Positions 11,201 through 19,049 of a stretch of DNA of 32,000 nucleotides are shown piece by piece (the stretch's first letter is position 1; each line of letters opens with the position of its first letter). Where the stretch lies: NCBI RefSeq assembly GCF_014252415.1, contig NZ_CP059223.1, positions 540,001 through 572,000 on the forward strand. The letters run 5' to 3'. Both the position numbers and the translations under genes were made by a program. The notes under the pieces were generated by a model that was given only the letters and a program-made list of their open reading frames with translations, was not told where the DNA came from and searched no databases. The DNA comes from Candidatus Saccharimonadota bacterium. Its GTDB lineage: Bacteria > Bacteroidota > Bacteroidia > Flavobacteriales > Blattabacteriaceae.

Positions 11201-11454
11201 TTTTCTAGATTAGAAATGGAACAATTTTTTCTTGATTCTTCCAACAAAATTTTTTTTTGTTGATCAAATTCTTTTAGAGAATCTTTTATAAGATTTTTTA
11301 AATAAAAAGTTTTATTTCTTAATTCATCATGAGATAATAAACATATTTCTTTATTTTTTTCTTTTATTTTGTCCAATATTTTTTTTATTTTTTTTAGATC
11401 TTTTTCGTTTTTATTTAAAAAAAATTTTTTTAAAAATTTCTTGATAAAATTCAT
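8203..11454 (-). CDS. secA: Preprotein translocase ATPase SecA
   Basis: 1083-aa ORF with ..[13 protein letters not shown].., ..[21 protein letters not shown].., ..MTGTAETE.., ..[12 protein letters not shown].. and ..[27 protein letters not shown]... Confidence 0.97.
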   Translation of the reverse strand: [1083 protein letters not shown]

Positions 11455-11509
11455 TAATATTTTTTGAAAAAAATTAGTGTTAATCCATTGTTAACTATAA
11501 CCATAACTT

Positions 11510-11743
11510 TTAAAGTTCATACTCATCTCTATTCCAGTAAAAATCTTCATCATCACGAGGATAATCTGCCCAGATATCTTCAATTGATTCAAAGATTTCT
11601 TCTTCTCCATTTTCTAGTTGTTGTAAATTTTCTACTACTTCTAAAGGTGCTCCAGTTCTAATTGCAAAATCTATCAATTCTTCCTTCGTTGCTGGCCAAG
11701 GGGCATCTTCTAAATGAGAAGCTAATTCTAAAGTCCAATACAT
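11510..11743 (-). CDS. Small acidic conserved protein of unknown function, DUF2795-like (family assignment from memory)
   Basis: 77-aa ORF MYWTLELASHLEDAPWPATKEELIDFAIRTGAPLEVVENLQQLENGEEEIFESIEDIWADYPRDDEDFYWNRDEYEL. Its codon and amino-acid composition differs sharply from the neighbouring genes. It resembles the small MYWTLELA..YLEDAPWPATK.. proteins I recall from Bacteroidetes genomes. Confidence 0.85.
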   Translation of the reverse strand: MYWTLELASHLEDAPWPATKEELIDFAIRTGAPLEVVENLQQLENGEEEIFESIEDIWADYPRDDEDFYWNRDEYEL

Positions 11744-11800
11744 AATAATTATAATATTTTTAAAACAAAAAAAGTAATATTCTTAATTTTTATATATTTA

Positions 11801-11808
11801 TATATTTG
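11801..11808 (+). promoter_or_regulatory. Candidate Bacteroidetes-type -7 promoter box (TAnnTTTG) upstream of fmt
   Basis: TATATTTG matches the TAnnTTTG consensus and lies in the divergent spacer between the DUF2795 gene and fmt. No convincing -33 TTTG is present at the expected spacing, and the motif is expected by chance in sequence this AT-rich. Confidence 0.25.
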
Positions 11809-11885
11809 ATTTTCAAAAATCAATGAGTCTTTCTTTTACAAAATCACAAGATAAAAATAGTGAATTTAAATTACAAATAAATTAT

Positions 11886-12830
11886 ATGAAAAAATTCCCA
11901 AAGATTGTTTTTATAGGATCTAATCAGTTTTCTATTTCATCTTTAAAAGAATTATATGATAAAGAATACAATATTATTGGAATAATTACTAATCCAGATC
12001 ATAAAAAAAAAAATATAATTAAATTTAATCCTATAAAAAAATATTCATTAGAAAAAAAAATTCCATTATTACAACCTAATAATCTATTAGATCCAATATT
12101 TATAAATCAAATAAAAATTTGGAATGCGGATATATATATAGTAGTTTCTTTTAAATTTATTCCAAAAAAAATATGGAGTTTACCCCGTTTTGGAACTATC
12201 AATTTACATGCATCTTTACTTCCGATGTATCGTGGAGCTGCCCCAATTAATTGGGTTATTCTCAATGGAGAAAATAAAACTGGATTAACTGTTTTTTTTA
12301 TAGAAGAAAAAATAGATTGTGGAAAAATAATTTTACAAAAAGAAGTAAAAATAGGAGATAATGACACAGCAGGAGAGTTACAAAAGAAATTAGAAAATAA
12401 TAGTGGATCTATTATTATATCTAGTATAAATAAAATTTTAAAAAAAGATTATTCATTAAAAAAAAAAAATACTTTTTCTATAAAAAAAGCCCCAAAATTA
12501 TTTACAAAAGATTGCAGAATCCAATGGAATCTACCTATAGACACCATTTATAATAAAATAAGGGGATTAAGTCCCTATCCTTCTGCATGGACATTATTAT
12601 ATTTTAATAAAAAAAATTTTTTTAGATTTAAAATATTTCTTTCCGAAAAAAAAAAATGTGTACATAATTATTTAATAGGGTTGATAATTATTAATACTAA
12701 TAATATGTTTATTTCTATAAAAGAAGGATTTATTAGAATTTTAGAATGTCAAATAGAAGGAAAAAAAAAAATGGCAATAAAAAATTTTATTAATGGAATA
12801 AAAATAAAAAAAAATCTATTTGTTAAATAA
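11886..12830 (+). CDS. fmt: Methionyl-tRNA formyltransferase (the ORF is open from 11823; the ATG at 11886 fits homolog N-termini better)
   Basis: ..MKKFPKIVFIGSNQFS.. matches the typical Fmt N-terminus, and ..INLHASLLPMYRGAAPINW.. is the formyltransferase core. A C-terminal Fmt domain is present. Confidence 0.9.
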   Translation: MKKFPKIVFIGSNQFSISSLKELYDKEYNIIGIITNPDHKKKNIIKFNPIKKYSLEKKIPLLQPNNLLDPIFINQIKIWNADIYIVVSFKFIPKKIWSLPRFGTINLHASLLPMYRGAAPINWVILNGENKTGLTVFFIEEKIDCGKIILQKEVKIGDNDTAGELQKKLENNSGSIIISSINKILKKDYSLKKKNTFSIKKAPKLFTKDCRIQWNLPIDTIYNKIRGLSPYPSAWTLLYFNKKNFFRFKIFLSEKKKCVHNYLIGLIIINTNNMFISIKEGFIRILECQIEGKKKMAIKNFINGIKIKKNLFVK

Positions 12831-12852
12831 CAATTAGGTATTAGTTATTTGT

Positions 12853-12860
12853 TATATTTG
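12853..12860 (+). promoter_or_regulatory. Candidate -7 promoter box (TAnnTTTG) upstream of the HU gene
   Basis: TATATTTG lies 53 nt upstream of the HU ATG in an 82-bp spacer. The evidence is weak for the same chance-occurrence reason as the 11801 box. Confidence 0.25.
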
Positions 12861-12912
12861 TTTTTATTAATTATAATCTTGTTTTATAGTTAATTAAAAT
12901 AATTTTACAATT

Positions 12913-13179
12913 ATGAATAAAACAGAATTAGTTAATTCAATAGCTGAAAAAACTGGAATAACAAAAATAAAAGCAAAAAGTGTTACTGATGCATTTATTC
13001 AAACAGTAATTGAATCATTAAAAAGAGGAGATAAAGTTACTCTTGTTGGATTTGGAACCTTTTCTGTAGTGGAAAGAAATCCTAGAAATGGAGTAAACCC
13101 TAGAACAGGAAAAAAAATATATATCCCTGGAAAAAAAGTAGCTAAATTTAAAATAGGAGCAGAACTTACAAAGTTATAA
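12913..13179 (+). CDS. hup: DNA-binding protein HU
   Basis: 88-aa ORF MNKTELVNSIAEKTGITKIKA.. with the ..RNPRNGVNPRTGKKIYIPGKKVAKFK.. beta-arm. Confidence 0.95.
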   Translation: MNKTELVNSIAEKTGITKIKAKSVTDAFIQTVIESLKRGDKVTLVGFGTFSVVERNPRNGVNPRTGKKIYIPGKKVAKFKIGAELTKL

Positions 13180-13191
13180 TTAAAAAAAATT

Positions 13192-13226
13192 AAAGATAAA
13201 GTTTTTATAAAAAAAACTTTATCTTT
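13192..13226. terminator. Hairpin between convergent hup and pdxH; a likely intrinsic terminator, best formed for the minus strand
   Basis: AAAGATAAAGTTTTT (13192-13206) pairs perfectly with AAAAACTTTATCTTT (13212-26), giving a 15-bp stem and a 5-nt loop. On the minus strand the hairpin is followed by a U8 run (complement of A8 at 13182-13189). It is the only clear stem-loop terminator I found in the window. Confidence 0.6.
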
Positions 13227-13239
13227 AATAAATTTCTAT

Positions 13240-13893
13240 TTATGGAGATAATCTATGTATTATCCATTCTTTATTGTTTTTCAATTCATAAGAAAGTCTA
13301 TCATGTAATCTATTTGGCTTTCCTTGCCAAAATTCCATTTTATATGGGTAGACTAGATATCCACCCCAATAAAAAGGTCTAGATATATCTTTTTTTTTGA
13401 AAAAATTTTTCCATTTTTTATATTTATTTAATAAATATTTTCTAGATGGGATAATAGAACTTTGTCTTGAAGCCCACGATCCTAAATTATTGTTTATTGG
13501 TCTTTTTTCAAAATAAATATCAGATTTTATTTTTTTTATTTTAGATGTAATTCCTTTAATTATTATTTGTCTAGATGTTTTTTCCCAAAAAAATGATAAA
13601 CAAACTTTAGGATAAAGTTTAATTGAAATTCCTTTAGAACTATAATAATTCGTATAAAAAATAAATCCTTTATTAGAATATTCTTTTAATAAAACAATTC
13701 TAGTTTCTGGAGCACCATCTTTTCCTATAGTAGATAAAGACATCGCATTAATCTCTTTATTTTCTGATTCAGAAAAAGATTTTTCATATTGAAACCAATC
13801 ATGAAATAATTGAAATGGATCCATTGGTATTTCGGAACATGAAAAATAATTATTAGAATAATTTTTTCTTAATCCACTTAAATCAATAATCAT
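13240..13893 (-). CDS. pdxH: Pyridoxamine 5'-phosphate oxidase
   Basis: 217-aa ORF with ..PETRIVLLKEY..GFIFYTNYYSSKG.., ..FWQGKPNRLHDR.. and a C-terminal ..IHRLSP. Confidence 0.9.
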   Translation of the reverse strand: MIIDLSGLRKNYSNNYFSCSEIPMDPFQLFHDWFQYEKSFSESENKEINAMSLSTIGKDGAPETRIVLLKEYSNKGFIFYTNYYSSKGISIKLYPKVCLSFFWEKTSRQIIIKGITSKIKKIKSDIYFEKRPINNNLGSWASRQSSIIPSRKYLLNKYKKWKNFFKKKDISRPFYWGGYLVYPYKMEFWQGKPNRLHDRLSYELKNNKEWIIHRLSP

Positions 13894-13965
13894 AAACTAA
13901 AAAATATATCATAAATTATATAAATATATTATATATTCATTTATTAAATTTAAAAAAAATCTATT

Positions 13966-14040
13966 GGCGTGATAGCTCAGATTGGTTAGAGCATTGGATT
14001 CATAACCCAAAGGTCGGGGGTTCAATTCCCCCTCACGCTA
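13966..14040 (+). tRNA. tRNA with anticodon CAU, elongator architecture; tentatively tRNA-Met, with Ile2 (lysidine) not excluded
   Basis: Hand-folded cloverleaf: acceptor GGCGTGA/TCACGCT (G1-U72 wobble), D-arm GCTC-AGATTGGTTA-GAGC, anticodon loop TTCATAA and T-arm GGGGG-TTCAATT-CCCCC. It is 75 nt with no encoded CCA. It lacks the initiator hallmarks of a 1-72 mismatch and a GGG/CCC anticodon stem. Confidence 0.9.
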
Positions 14041-14075
14041 TTTATAGATAATAGTAAAAAATTATTTATTTCATA

Positions 14076-16181
14076 ATGAAAATATCATTTAATTGGATAA
14101 AAAAATACTTATATTCTATAAATCTTGATGAAAAAACATTTATTAATTTATTATCAAGTATAGGATTAACAATAAAAAATTATGAAAAAATATATCACAA
14201 AAATAATCATAAAGATATTATTCTAAATATAGAATTTACGCCTAATCGTCATGATATAATGAGTCATTATGGTATTGCAAAAGATATTTATGCATTTTTA
14301 AAATTTCATAATTATAATATTCTAATTAAGAAATTAAAATTAGACACAATTTTATGTCCAACATCAATTAAAAATGATATTTCTATATCTTTAGATAAAA
14401 AATTATTAAGTAACAATCTTTTTATAAGATATACTGGAGTATCTATTTTTAATATAAAAAAAAATTCATCCCCTAATTGGCTTATTTCAAATTTAAAATC
14501 TATAGGTATTCACAGTGTAAATAATATAATTGATATCATTAATTATACAATTTCAGAACTAGGTATTCCTATACATTTATTTGATCTAGATAAAATAATT
14601 GGAGACAAAATTTTTATAAAAAGCTTAAATACAAATAATAATTTTTTTACTGAAAATTATAATTTAGTAAAAATAGATAAGGATGAATTAATAATTTCTG
14701 ATAAAAAAAATATTTTATCTTTAGGAGGTGTTATAAATAGTGGAAAAAATGGACATATTGATAAAAATACTAAAAATATATTTTTAGGAATTATATGTGT
14801 AAATCCATCTTATATTTATTTAATTAGAAAAAAATATTTAATTAAAACAAAATCTCAATTTTTACTTGAAAAAAATATTGATCCTAACCAAACTATATAT
14901 GTATTACGTAGATTATTTTTTCTTATAAAAAATATTGTCAAAATTAATTGCAATATATCTAACATTATAGATATATATCCAATTGTATTAAAATCTATAG
15001 TTATAAAACTATATTATGATAGAGTATCAAATATCATTGGAGAAAAAATAAATAAAAATGATATAAAAAAAATTTTATTATTACTTAATATTTATATAAA
15101 TGAAGAAAAAAATAATTATTTACTAGTTTCTATTCCGACATATAGAACTGATATAAAAAGAGAAATTGATTTAATAGAAGAAATATTACGAATCTATGGT
15201 ATAGATTACCTAAAAAAATTAAATCATAATACTATTTATACAACTAATAATTATTTATATAAAAAAGAAAACGAAATACAAAAAACTATATCGGAACAAT
15301 TAATATATAATGGATTTCAAGAAATTATTACTTCAACTATTAGAAATTACGATAAAATAGAATTTTTATATGATTATCAATTAAATAAAGAAAAAATAAG
15401 TATAATTAATTCTAATATAGATAATCATAACAGTAAAATAATACGTTCTACAATGTTATTTAGCATAGTAGAATGTATTCTATACAATTATAATTATAAT
15501 AGATCTTTTATTAAAGAAAATGGAATAAAATTATTTGAAATAGGAAAAATTTTTTATAAAAAAAATAATAATTTTATAGAATCTAAAATACTTAGTATTT
15601 CTATATCAGAAATAGAAAAAAAATCTAAAATGTTAGATTTTTTTTATTTAAAAGGTATTATAGAACAAATTTTTCAAAAAATAGGGGTTTTAGATTATGT
15701 ACAAAAAAATATAGAAAATCCTTTTTTATGTAACTGTTTATCAATTTTATATAAAGAAAAATTTTTAGTTTTACTTGGAAAAGTAAAAGATATATATGCT
15801 AATAATCATGAAATATTTTATGCTGAATGGAATTGGGATTATATTATTTCTATTATTAGAAATAACAAAATTTCATATAAACCTATATCAAAATATCCGA
15901 CTATAAAAAGAGATCTTTCTTTTATTATTAATAGTAATGTTTCATTTGAGGAATTGAACAGTTTTATTAAAAACAAAAAAAATAAAATAATAAAAAATAT
16001 ATATATATATGATTCTTACCAAGGAAGTAATATTCCTATATCAAAAAAATCTTATACTATAAGTTTTTATTTTGAAAGCAATAAAATGACTTTAACAAAA
16101 AAAATTATAGATAAATCTATGGAAAAAATAGAATTTCTTTTAAAAAAATATTTTTCTATTGAAAAAAGAGATAAAAATTAA
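14076..16181 (+). CDS. pheT: Phenylalanyl-tRNA synthetase beta subunit, shortened to 701 aa (the N-terminal tRNA-binding OB domain appears to be missing)
   Basis: MKISFNWIKKYL.. N-terminus, ..TPNRHDIMSHYGIAKD.. (B3/4 entry), ..PTYRTDIKREIDLIEEILRIYG.. (B5) and ..KYPTIKRDLSF.. (C-terminal domain). Confidence 0.9.
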   Translation: MKISFNWIKKYLYSINLDEKTFINLLSSIGLTIKNYEKIYHKNNHKDIILNIEFTPNRHDIMSHYGIAKDIYAFLKFHNYNILIKKLKLDTILCPTSIKNDISISLDKKLLSNNLFIRYTGVSIFNIKKNSSPNWLISNLKSIGIHSVNNIIDIINYTISELGIPIHLFDLDKIIGDKIFIKSLNTNNNFFTENYNLVKIDKDELIISDKKNILSLGGVINSGKNGHIDKNTKNIFLGIICVNPSYIYLIRKKYLIKTKSQFLLEKNIDPNQTIYVLRRLFFLIKNIVKINCNISNIIDIYPIVLKSIVIKLYYDRVSNIIGEKINKNDIKKILLLLNIYINEEKNNYLLVSIPTYRTDIKREIDLIEEILRIYGIDYLKKLNHNTIYTTNNYLYKKENEIQKTISEQLIYNGFQEIITSTIRNYDKIEFLYDYQLNKEKISIINSNIDNHNSKIIRSTMLFSIVECILYNYNYNRSFIKENGIKLFEIGKIFYKKNNNFIESKILSISISEIEKKSKMLDFFYLKGIIEQIFQKIGVLDYVQKNIENPFLCNCLSILYKEKFLVLLGKVKDIYANNHEIFYAEWNWDYIISIIRNNKISYKPISKYPTIKRDLSFIINSNVSFEELNSFIKNKKNKIIKNIYIYDSYQGSNIPISKKSYTISFYFESNKMTLTKKIIDKSMEKIEFLLKKYFSIEKRDKN

Positions 16182-17618
16182 TCATTTTAATAGTTTTTCT
16201 AAAATATTTTTTAACCCAGTTTTTGACTCTATTTTTTGTGAAATTTCTTTTATATGAATTCTTTCTTGAAGCATATTATCTCTATAACGCATAGTAACTG
16301 TATTATTTTCTATAGTCTCATAATCTACGGTAAAACATAATGGTGTACCTATTGCATCCTGTTTTCGGTATAATTTACCTATTGAATCTTTACAATCATA
16401 AATTATTTTATGATTTACTTTTTCATTATTAAATATTTTTTTTGTAATCTCCAATAATCCATCTTTTTTAACTAATGGTAATATAGCAGCTTTTACTGGA
16501 GATAAATAAGGAGGAATTTTTAATACAATACGTTTTTTTCCATTTTTTAGTTTTTCTTCTTTTAAAGAAGATGTTAATATAGCCATAAATAAACGATCCA
16601 ATCCTAAAGAGGTTTCTATAACATATGGAATATATTTATTTTTTTTTCCATCATTAACTATAAATTTTTTATTAGTGGATAACTCATGCTGTTTTAAATC
16701 AAAATCTCTTCTAGAATGAATTCCTTCTAATTCTCTAAAACCAAAAGGGAAATTAAATTCTATATCCACTCCTAAAGTAGCATAATGAGCTAAATTTTTA
16801 TGATTAATTAATCTATATTGATTTTTTCCTAAATTTAATAATAAATGCCATTTTAATCTCTTATTTATCCAATATTTATACCATTTTTTTTCATCTTTAG
16901 GATAAATAAAAAATTGCATTTCCATCTGTTCAAATTCTCTTAATCTAAATAAGAATTGTCTTGCAACAATTTCATTTCTAAACGATTTTCCTATTTGAGC
17001 AATTCCAAATGGAATTTTCATTCTACTAGATTTTTGTACATTAATAAAATTACAGAATATACCTTGTGCAGTTTCTGGACGAAGAAATAAATTTTTAGAA
17101 TTTTTTATTTCAAACATCATATTAAAAAAATGCATATTGGTCCAATATTTATCTTTTTTATTTTTACTAATTGGATCATATATATCTAATTCATTTATTA
17201 ATTTAATTATATCCGATAAATCTTTTTTTTTTAAAGATTTATTTAAACGAATTAAAATTTTATTTTTTTTATTATGATTATTATAGAAAATTTTATTTAT
17301 ATAATTCTCGATTAATATATTAACCCGATATCTTTTTTTAGAATTTTTATTATCAATTAATAGTTCTTTAAATTCATCAATATGTCCAGATGATTTCCAA
17401 ATATCTGAATGTGTTAATATAGATGAATCTATTCCTACTATATTATCATTAAGATAAGTCATCGACTTCCACCAAAATTCCTTTATATTATTTTTTAGTT
17501 CTATTCCATATTGTCCATAATCATAAATAGCATTGATTCCTCCATAAATATCACTAGAAGGAAAAATAAATCCATAAGATTTTGAATGAGATACTAAAAA
17601 TTTTATAAAATTATTCAT
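16182..17618 (-). CDS. glyQS: Glycyl-tRNA synthetase (class II, single-chain GlyQS type); the ORF is open to 17672, but the ATG at 17618 avoids overlapping trxB
   Basis: ..GFIFPSSDIYGG.., ..LRPETAQGIF.., ..IAQIGKSFRNEI.., ..REFEQMEMQFF.. and ..ETSLGLDR... The TGA stop at 16182-16184 directly abuts the pheT TAA. Confidence 0.93.
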   Translation of the reverse strand: MNNFIKFLVSHSKSYGFIFPSSDIYGGINAIYDYGQYGIELKNNIKEFWWKSMTYLNDNIVGIDSSILTHSDIWKSSGHIDEFKELLIDNKNSKKRYRVNILIENYINKIFYNNHNKKNKILIRLNKSLKKKDLSDIIKLINELDIYDPISKNKKDKYWTNMHFFNMMFEIKNSKNLFLRPETAQGIFCNFINVQKSSRMKIPFGIAQIGKSFRNEIVARQFLFRLREFEQMEMQFFIYPKDEKKWYKYWINKRLKWHLLLNLGKNQYRLINHKNLAHYATLGVDIEFNFPFGFRELEGIHSRRDFDLKQHELSTNKKFIVNDGKKNKYIPYVIETSLGLDRLFMAILTSSLKEEKLKNGKKRIVLKIPPYLSPVKAAILPLVKKDGLLEITKKIFNNEKVNHKIIYDCKDSIGKLYRKQDAIGTPLCFTVDYETIENNTVTMRYRDNMLQERIHIKEISQKIESKTGLKNILEKLLK

Positions 17619-17626
17619 AAAAATTT

Positions 17627-18571
17627 TTATAATGAATATAAATATTTTTCTAAATCTAATGCTGCCATACATCCACTACCAGCAGAAGTAATAGCCTGTT
17701 TATAGTTAGGATCTTGAACGTCCCCTGCAGCAAAAACTCCTGGTATATTAGTATTAGTTGTTCCATTTTTTACTATAATAAATCCTTTATCATTTAAATT
17801 CAATTTATTTTTAAAAATATTTGTATTCGGATGATGACCTATAGCGATGAATAATCCACTAATTAATTTTAATTGATATTTTTTTGTATTATGATTAAAT
17901 ATTTTAATTGCCTTTAAAACATTATCTCCTATAATTTCTGATATAGTAGACTGAAATAAAACATTAATATTATCATTATCAATAATATTATTTTGTAATA
18001 TTTTAGATGCTCTAAAATAATTTTTTCTAACTAATAAATATACTTTTTTACAAATTCTTGATAAATAATGAGCATCCTCTAAAGCAGTATCTCCACCACC
18101 TACTATAGCTATATCTTTACCTTTATGAAAAAATCCATCACAAGTAGCACAAAAAGAAATACCTGCACCTAGTAACTGTCTTTCTTTTTTAATTCCAAGA
18201 CATTTAGGAGTAGATCCTGTAGCAATAATAACTCCTTTGCTCATTAATAAATTATTTTTTTTTTTTCCAAAAAATATTTTATGAATTCCACCTATATAAT
18301 TACATAAATCTACCTCATATACAGATTCATTTAATATTTCAACATTAAAACGTTCTGCTTGTTTTCTACAATTATCCATAAATTGATTTCCATCAATTCC
18401 ATGGGGAAATCCTAAATAATTATCAACATAATTTGTATTAGTTAATTGTCCTCCAGGTAAATCTCCTAAAATTATAATTGGATCTAAACCATATCTAGCT
18501 GCATAAATAGAGGCAGAATATCCTGCTGGTCCAGACCCTATAATTATACAATTATGTATTTTATTATTCAT
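17627..18571 (-). CDS. trxB: Thioredoxin reductase
   Basis: ..IIIGSGPAGYSASIYAAR.., redox-active CATCDG, ..IAIVGGGDTALEDA.. and ..GVFAAGDV... Confidence 0.95.
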   Translation of the reverse strand: MNNKIHNCIIIGSGPAGYSASIYAARYGLDPIIILGDLPGGQLTNTNYVDNYLGFPHGIDGNQFMDNCRKQAERFNVEILNESVYEVDLCNYIGGIHKIFFGKKKNNLLMSKGVIIATGSTPKCLGIKKERQLLGAGISFCATCDGFFHKGKDIAIVGGGDTALEDAHYLSRICKKVYLLVRKNYFRASKILQNNIIDNDNINVLFQSTISEIIGDNVLKAIKIFNHNTKKYQLKLISGLFIAIGHHPNTNIFKNKLNLNDKGFIIVKNGTTNTNIPGVFAAGDVQDPNYKQAITSAGSGCMAALDLEKYLYSL

Positions 18572-18610
18572 TTTAATTTTGTATTAAATTCAATAAAATT
18601 ATTAAATAAA

Positions 18611-19042
18611 ATGAATACATTGTCTTTTTTCATAAAAAAATATCTTTTTTTAAAAAAAAAAAAAGAAAAGATATATATATATTGCACAATTAGAAAAAAA
18701 TTTCTTCTTTATAAAGAAGAGGAAGTAACACGTCAATATATAATTTTTTTGTTAAAAAAGATAAAAAAGTATCATACTTCCAACATTTTATTAGAATACC
18801 CTATATACATAAATAAATTTTTTTATAAAAGATTAGATATACTGGTAAAAAAAAATAATAAACCTCATATAATTATCGAATGTAAATCAATATCTACTGT
18901 AATAACACAAAAAACATTTGATCAAATATCGTTATACAATAAGTTTATAAAATCTCCATATTTAATAATAAGTAATGGATTAAAAAATTTTATTTTCAAG
19001 AAAAAAAAAAATAGATTTGATTCCATTAAATTTATTCCATAA
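18611..19042 (+). CDS. Stand-alone HsdR_N-like (type I restriction enzyme R-subunit N-terminal domain family) PD-(D/E)xK-fold protein; function unknown
   Basis: The ORF is open from 18554, but the ATG at 18611 avoids overlapping trxB. The core ..KRLDILVKKNNKPHIIIECKSIS..QKTFDQISLYNKFIKSPYLIISNG.. shows the D...ExK nuclease-fold motif and the Q..Y / NG blocks I associate with the Bacteroidetes HSDR_N_2 family (from memory). Confidence 0.65.
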   Translation: MNTLSFFIKKYLFLKKKKEKIYIYCTIRKKFLLYKEEEVTRQYIIFLLKKIKKYHTSNILLEYPIYINKFFYKRLDILVKKNNKPHIIIECKSISTVITQKTFDQISLYNKFIKSPYLIISNGLKNFIFKKKKNRFDSIKFIP

Positions 19043-19049
19043 ATCATTA

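Noticed and set aside
17619-17672. N-terminal extensions of track ORFs: glyQS to 17672, fmt from 11823, the HsdR_N-like ORF from 18554, CPBP from a TTG at 26425 and rplU to 29368.
   Set aside because: The extensions encode non-conserved low-complexity residues and often overlap the neighbouring gene. Internal ATGs give N-termini that match the family consensus. They remain possible alternative starts, but not separate features.
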